Source of the DNA: Macrostomum lignano
Lineage: Eukaryota
DNA length: 64,000 bases
Direction: 5' to 3'
Assembly: GCA_002269645.1 (NCBI GenBank)
Contig: NIVC01001232.1
Span: 86,238 to 150,237, forward strand
Shown: in pieces, positions 58,101 to 64,000 of the stretch
Numbering within the stretch: position 1 is the stretch's first letter
Layout of the letters: the number at the start of each line of letters is the position of its first letter
The notes under the pieces: model-generated
Database searches by the model: none
What the model was told of the DNA's origin: nothing
Seen by the model: the letters and a program-made list of their open reading frames with translations, nothing else
Position numbers and translations under genes: made by a program

Positions 58101-58124
58101 AGGCTGATTTAGCGGCAGCTTTGG

Positions 58125-58928
58125 TTATTGACTTTCAATTAGGTTGATCATCATCGCGATGGCGGAGTCAGCTCGCTGATGGGTCTGGAGCTCCTCACGT
58201 GTGACTGGTCTCGGGATGTGATCAGTTAAGTTCAATGTTTGGTGTCGGTTAGTCGGATTAGTCAAATTTGTCGGCGCAGCTTCGGCTGTGGTGGCATGGT
58301 TCGGGGTCTGGAACTCCCTCCGCATAATCGCTACTCTGGCCGGTTGCCGGGTCGGTGAAGAATTTGAAGGCCAATCCTCGTCGGTCGCGTCGGCATCACT
58401 GTCGACATTAGATTCATCAGCAGATGAGGGTGAGTCAGCAATACTGTCGGTGTCGAGGCTGAATCTCACTTTCTTGAATACAAGACAGCGAGCGGGTTGG
58501 TAGCGGTCGTCGTTGGCTGCGCTGTGGTCGCTGTCCTTGTCGCCTCTAGCTAGTAGACGGCGGCTCCTTGACAGGCAACATGTTGTGCTGCTAAAGCTGG
58601 TGGGCGACCTCTGAGAGTCTCGCAGACGGCTAGCTGATGGCCTCGGCTTCGTCGCCGGCGGGTGCAGCACTGTCAGCGACTTGCTGTCGGCTGTTGATGT
58701 TGCTGGCAGTGTAGCCTCGCCGTCGGACTCTTTCGGCTTCGTCGGCGGCTTTCGTCGGTGACGGCGGGTCGATTGCTTCTTGCTTGGTGGAGGACTAGGG
58801 TGGCTGCTGTCGGGGACCTTCGGCGCCGCTGCGCCAGTTATCGCGGCTGGCTGCTTACTTTGGTCCTCATCAGCTGCCTCGCGCTGAGCCTCCTTAATGC
58901 ATTCGGCGTCGTCCTCGGGCTGTCGCAA
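58125..58928 (-). CDS. Long low-complexity linker between RNase H and integrase
   Basis: 267 codons in frame with the RNase H end; ends in the typical ..ELQTHQRADSAI.. pre-integrase segment. Confidence 0.7.
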   Translation of the reverse strand: MRQPEDDAECIKEAQREAADEDQSKQPAAITGAAAPKVPDSSHPSPPPSKKQSTRRHRRKPPTKPKESDGEATLPATSTADSKSLTVLHPPATKPRPSASRLRDSQRSPTSFSSTTCCLSRSRRLLARGDKDSDHSAANDDRYQPARCLVFKKVRFSLDTDSIADSPSSADESNVDSDADATDEDWPSNSSPTRQPARVAIMRREFQTPNHATTAEAAPTNLTNPTNRHQTLNLTDHIPRPVTREELQTHQRADSAIAMMINLIESQ

Positions 58929-60947
58929 GAGACCATTGGCGTTCTGATGCTGGCTCGACTTTTGATGCTGGATCTCGAACTCGAATTCACTGAGGCGCTG
59001 TAGCCATCGTCCAAAAATTCCTACTTGCTAAGTTCGTTGGAGAATCCAGGTTAAAGTGGCATGATCAGTTTGGCAGATGAACTTCTTGGCTAGCAGGTAG
59101 AATCTGAAATGTCGCATTCCATCTACGACTGCCAAGAGCTCTTGCTTGGTAATCGGATACCGGGCTTTGGCCAGTTTGAGTCGCCAGGAAAAATAGCCAA
59201 TTGGTCACTCAACTCTATCCACTTGGCGTTGGCTCAGGCAGGCTCCGATTCTGGTCACAGAAGCATCCGTGTCCAGGACAAATATTACATTCGGATCTTC
59301 GCTAAACTGCGGATATGCGAGCACTGATGTTGAAGTCATAGCTGCCTTGAGCTGGTCAAACGCGTCTTGCTGGGCTTTTCCCCATAGACAATTGAAATTT
59401 CAGATCTTCTTCTCCTTAATCAAATTGTGGAGCGGAGCAGCAAGTTCTGCGTAGCCAGGTACAAATTTAGCATAGTAAGCGCACGTGCAGACAAAACTTT
59501 TAAGTTGGCGAGCTGTCCTTGGTCTTGGCCAGGTTTTAATCGCTTTGATCTTAGCTGGGTCTGTCTTGAATCCATCTTTTGTTACCACATGTCCCAGATA
59601 GTTTAGACTTGCCCAAGATAAATGGCACTTCTTGCCTTTGAACTTGAGATTAGCTTCTTGGACCCATTTGAAAACTTCTTTTATATGTTGTAGATGGTCG
59701 TTGAATTTCTTAGAATAGATGATTACGTCATCCAGATAGGCTATTGCACTTTTGTAGGCAATCCCATTGAGTACAGCATTCATGAGGCGCATGAAGCTGG
59801 CTGGCGCTGAACTTAGTCCCATAGGCATGACGTTGTAGGCGAATTGTCCGCGGTGCAGCGTAGCAAAGGCAGTCAGATCTTGATCTTCTAGACGCAGCGG
59901 AATCTGATAGTAGCCGCTATTGAGGTCGAATGTGCTGAATAGCTGGCTTCCCTTGAGGCTGGCAAATGCTTCTTGGATGTTAGGAATCGGGTATGGAAAA
60001 TATTCGCACTTCTGATTCAGACTCCGAAAATCTTGCACAATCCGCAGGCTGCCGTCCATCTTCAAGATGATCACCAGCGGGGTGTTGTAGCTGGAGAAGC
60101 TTGGTCGAATCACGCCTTTGGCCAGGAGATCGTTGAGTAGCTGATCCACTTTGGGCAGAAGATGCGGTGGGATCCGGCGAGTCGGCAGATGCACCGGATT
60201 CGTGTCCTTTAGCACAATACTGTAGATGACCAGATGAGTTCGGCCAAGATCGTGTGGCCCCTGAGAGAAGATGGTCTTGTACTTCTTCAATAGCTCGATG
60301 ACTTGAGCATGCTGGTCATTGGACAGATCTTCGCTGATGTCAATCTCCTTGATCCAAGCATCAGGATCTTTGTCTTGGATTTGATTGACCGAGTCTTCTG
60401 GCTTCAGCAGCGGGAAGAACTGTAACTCGGGCAGTCTGATAGGTCTAGCAATCCCAACTAAGGCATTCGCTTGTACTTTGATCGATGTTGTTCCTCGATT
60501 AATCATTTCGATAGCGCCTTCTCCATTAGCCATAGAGATCAGGGCAGGCGCGGCGTCTAGATGCTGCACATCTTCTTCGCGCCGAGCTGGTTTTAGCGGC
60601 TCAATCACAGCGGGTGTACCCTGGTTTTCTTCTCGTCCTTTTGCTAGCTTAATTTTAATTTGGGCTGATGATAGCGGTGGCACAGTAGTGCTCTCGGCTG
60701 TGTAGATTCTGCACGTGGTGGCCTCAGTTTGCGTGTAGCGAAGCAGTATGGCAGTGCTGTCCTTGAAGAACAGCATCTCGGCGGCGAGATCCAGGGAGTT
60801 GCTGTACTTCTCCAGGAACTCGAAGCGCAGGATGTTGTCATGCGACCCCTTTGCTAGCAGAAACTTGACTGTAGGCTCAAAATTACCAATCTTTACTTTA
60901 ATAGAAAGCTGGCCTGCCATTTGAATAGGCTCTCCATTGTAGGTCAC
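58929..60947 (-). pseudogene. Gypsy reverse transcriptase / RNase H with in-frame stops
   Basis: YLDD catalytic motif, DFRSLN, FSTFDLNSGYYQI, MPMGL, DTDAS, QELLAVV, QTDH; stops at 59400, 59205 and ~59025. Confidence 0.95.
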
Positions 60948-61004
60948 GATACATTGCAGGCAGGGCTCGATTTGGCCACGCAGGGTCGGGTTGTCGGTAC
61001 ATAG

Positions 61005-61130
61005 TCAGTGCCAGGTGCTGAAGCCTAGGACTTCGCACTTGGAACCGGTGTCAAGTAAAAAAGCAAAATAGCGGCCCTGAATCTCACCAGTTAGAAACAG
61101 GTCTCTCCGAGGTCGCTTGGGTGCAAATGG
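61005..61130 (-). pseudogene. Gypsy aspartic protease fragment (frameshifted)
   Basis: LFLTGEIQGRYFAFLLDTGSK. Confidence 0.85.
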
Positions 61131-61624
61131 CTGTACAGGTGCAGCAGAGGCAGTCTCAGCAGTGGCCTGCTGAGCGACTAATGTCTGCGGCAGGGACTTT
61201 AGTGCTGGCTTGGCTGCTGGATGGCGCTGCCCCCGATGGCGCGTCCAGCCGTCCCGTTTCCCGAGCTGCTGTTGTGCTGGGGCGTGGTGCTGGCCAACCG
61301 TCGGTGCGGGCATTCGTCGGCGTGATGCTCGCGGTTGCACCGGTAGCACATCGCATTCTGCCGTCGCAGCTGATAAGGCGGCGGCCTTGAACTTGATTGT
61401 TGCTGCTGTGGCCACTGCTGCTGCGGCTGCTGCGGCTGTTGCAGCTGCTGATGTCAACATTGACCTCCTGCTGGTGGCGTTCTCGGTGGCGGGTTGCTGC
61501 CATCGCGTGGTTGCTGAAGTCGCTGGAACTGGTCATTTTGCACAATTTGTGTGCTGGGCGTCGTAAACTGAGCGCTTCTATCGGCGCTGCGGCGAGGAGT
61601 CGAAGGCACCAAACATCTGGAGCG

Positions 61625-62665
61625 TTAGCCCCACGAGTCCCGCGGCTGGTGACAAGGTTCCCATGGCTCTGGGGCGTCATTATCGCGCGATCCCCGCGAG
61701 TAGAACTCTCGCATCTCATTGCTCAATGTCTCTAATAGGCATCGCTGCTCTTGCAGAGTCTCGGCTTGTTGTTCCATGACCTCACGCAACCAGTTCTCCT
61801 TGGGCTGAGATGACTTGGCATCGTGTTGCACTGCAGTGGGCATCTGACTGTCATCATCTTCCAGGACCCGGACGTGTCTCGTTGCTGGCGGCGGTGCTAC
61901 ACGCTGAGCCAGACTAGCTGCTGTCTCCAGGCGTAGCACGGCCCGTCTCGCTGTGGTCAGATTTGGCGGTCGCACCAGGATGAGCTGTTCTCGGGCCGAC
62001 TGAGCTATCCGCACTCCCACAGTGAATTGATCCACCAGTTCAGCCTGCTTTTGAACTGGGGTAAAATGCGGGAATGCTCGATCGGCCAGAGCAATTAGTC
62101 GGTCGCCGTAGTTGTCCACACTCTCGTTCTTGCCTTGCTGGCAGCTTTGGAATTGCTCCCGGTACTCCAGCGTGTCGGCGACATGTGTAAAACGTTCAGA
62201 CAATTGTTGTTTGAACTCACCAAATGTAAGATTCTCTGGCAGTTCCATCCTGACGACTGCGTGGTAGGCTGTGGCGATGTCCAAATTCACGAGGACCTCC
62301 GCCTTTTGTCTGTCGTCATTGATCCCGTTGAGCTCGCATCGCTCTTCGAGAGCCTTGATCCAGACGTCAAATTCCTGGTTGGGCGTGTACCGCTGAATCT
62401 TGACCGGCTTCGGCGCCGGAGCTCGATCCGGCTGCTGGGGCTGCTGATACACGTGATGATGGTGTCGCGGCTGGCCTAGGCTGGTCTGCTCCAGTCGCCA
62501 ACGCACCTCCTCAGTCACCACCCAAATCATCTCGTCGTAGGTCAGTCGTGGTGTTGAATTGTCGGGGCCTGCGGCGTCAGCTGTCGCGTCCGCGGCCGTT
62601 GGATCAGTAGTTGAAGCCATAGTATAGCGCTTGAAAGACTCGTTGAAGGGGTTTCGGTGTTTCAT
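61625..62665 (-). CDS. Gypsy gag
   Basis: Capsid-like FDVWIKALE..QFQSCQQGKNESVDNYGDRL..FP; zinc knuckle decayed. Confidence 0.88.
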   Translation of the reverse strand: MKHRNPFNESFKRYTMASTTDPTAADATADAAGPDNSTPRLTYDEMIWVVTEEVRWRLEQTSLGQPRHHHHVYQQPQQPDRAPAPKPVKIQRYTPNQEFDVWIKALEERCELNGINDDRQKAEVLVNLDIATAYHAVVRMELPENLTFGEFKQQLSERFTHVADTLEYREQFQSCQQGKNESVDNYGDRLIALADRAFPHFTPVQKQAELVDQFTVGVRIAQSAREQLILVRPPNLTTARRAVLRLETAASLAQRVAPPPATRHVRVLEDDDSQMPTAVQHDAKSSQPKENWLREVMEQQAETLQEQRCLLETLSNEMREFYSRGSRDNDAPEPWEPCHQPRDSWG

Positions 62666-62666
62666 A

Positions 62667-62684
62667 ATCCCACTTAGCTGACCA
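62667..62684 (-). other. Primer-binding site, tRNA-Leu-like (TGGTCAGCTAAGTGGGAT)
   Basis: Starts 4 nt inside the 5' LTR end; resembles the Leu-tRNA PBS TGGTGTCAGAAGTGGGAT. Confidence 0.7.
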
Positions 62685-62688
62685 CTAG

Positions 62689-63750
62689 TGAGGTGGGGGT
62701 GGAGAAATTAATTCTTGGAATACTCGGTTTCAATAACTTGCTGACACCAGTGAGGTGGGGGCAGATTCCTCATTTGAATTTCTGGCGAAATGTTGAGTTT
62801 GCACGAATAAACCAGAAAATCGCGCAGACAAAACTCAACAAGAAAATTTCTCCTTTTCTCCGACTGCCAGGTTCTCAAGTCCGGGGGGAGGGTAGTTGTA
62901 TCGTAGCGGAGCGGTCGTGTAGTGGCGCGGTCGTTCAAAGCGATGAAGCACCGGAGATTTTCTGACTCCGTAAACTGATGCGTAGGGTTGTCAAGCTGAT
63001 TACTTTCAATAGGATAGTTGCTGCCACCACCGTAATTTACATATTACGGAACAATAAGTCTCAGAGCCTTCTTTGAGATGAGTACTTGGTTATTTTATGC
63101 CCCACGGGCAAATGACTTAAGATATACTATAACTTTGGATATTGAATAGATATTAAAAAATTAGAGTTACTAAGTTTATTAAGTTGAATTAAGTTTATTA
63201 AAGCAGGCTTAATAAGCAAACATTAAATATTAATTAATGACGAACAACTTCGATGAAGACGGGGGTGTGACTTAAAACACAAGATACAAGATAACAGAAA
63301 TAAAAGTAAGAGAAAGCGTTAAGGACTCTAAACAAGGAAAACTAAACTTAAACACAAGCCTAAACAAAACTTAAAACGCCAAGAAAACACAAACAAAAGG
63401 AGGGGAAAGGAGAGGGAAAGGGAGAATAAAACCTCATGCAAAATTCATCGCGAGTTATATAGGCAAAAGGGGCTTGGACCACACGGTATGGCCAAGGAGT
63501 GGACATGCATTGGGGCAAAAATACATGGAGAAGGACATGAGATGGTGCGGCATATCCAACACTTAAAAAAAAACAAAATTAAAAGAGAAATCCCGCCACA
63601 TGCAACAAAATACATGGAACGGGGCGAAGACACACCGCAACGAGAGTGATGCAAAACCAAAGCCAGGGAACTCCACGTGCGCCACATTCATGTCCCAAAG
63701 TTCAATTTCATCAAATCTGATCAATTCTTCGTGGCAACTCGCCTGCCACA
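62689..63750 (-). repeat. 5' LTR
   Basis: Highly similar to 53283-54331. Confidence 0.95.
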
Positions 63751-64000
63751 ATACCAACCCAAACTTTTATAGAAATTTAAATTAGCTTTAGTTGAAAGCA
63801 TTTTCAAAATACAATGCTTGTACAAATTATCTATGTATTGCTTTATCTTCTACAAAACAATTTGCTAATGCATTTACATAAATTATTGTTGAAATGACTT
63901 AATTATAAAAATAATAGAGAAACTCTTATTTATAATATATTTATCAGCTTTACTACAATTTTGGTATAGCTTTTTGCTTAACCAATTTCTATGCCAATAT

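Larger units (their letters stand above)
53283..63750 (-). mobile_element. Full-length, decayed Ty3/Gypsy LTR retrotransposon (10,468 bp)
   Basis: Two ~1.05 kb LTRs with TG..CA ends, 4 bp TSD ATAC (53279-53282, 63751-63754), order gag-PR-RT-RH-IN. Confidence 0.96.

Overview
Eukaryotic (animal) genomic DNA, not prokaryotic. It has short GC-rich exons with GT-AG introns, introns filled with locus-specific 21-60 bp minisatellites and microsatellites, a TTAGGG tract and many transposon relics. This style suggests a free-living flatworm such as Macrostomum (inference only). Recognisable genes: a class I eIF4E (2 coding exons, 43043-46410), a TPX2 C-terminal-domain exon (21209-21534) with a phase-compatible upstream exon, and an 11-exon minus-strand IQ-motif gene resembling IQCM (33298-26087) with a hAT-type MITE inserted in a coding exon. 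Also present: an intronless single-pass membrane protein (23108-24403), an intronless FtsH/paraplegin N-terminus-like ORF lacking AAA/protease domains (49423-50268) and several orphan exons. Mobile DNA: a full-length but decayed 10.5 kb Ty3/Gypsy element (53283-63750, 4-bp TSD ATAC) with an extra 3' ORF, a long RNaseH-integrase linker and a PBS-like block inside its LTRs; an internally deleted LOA/R1-type LINE; a mariner relic; a CORE-type tRNA SINE; and several MITE families. No CRISPR array, rRNA or intact tRNA was seen. All gene models and family assignments were made by eye and from memory; no searches were run.
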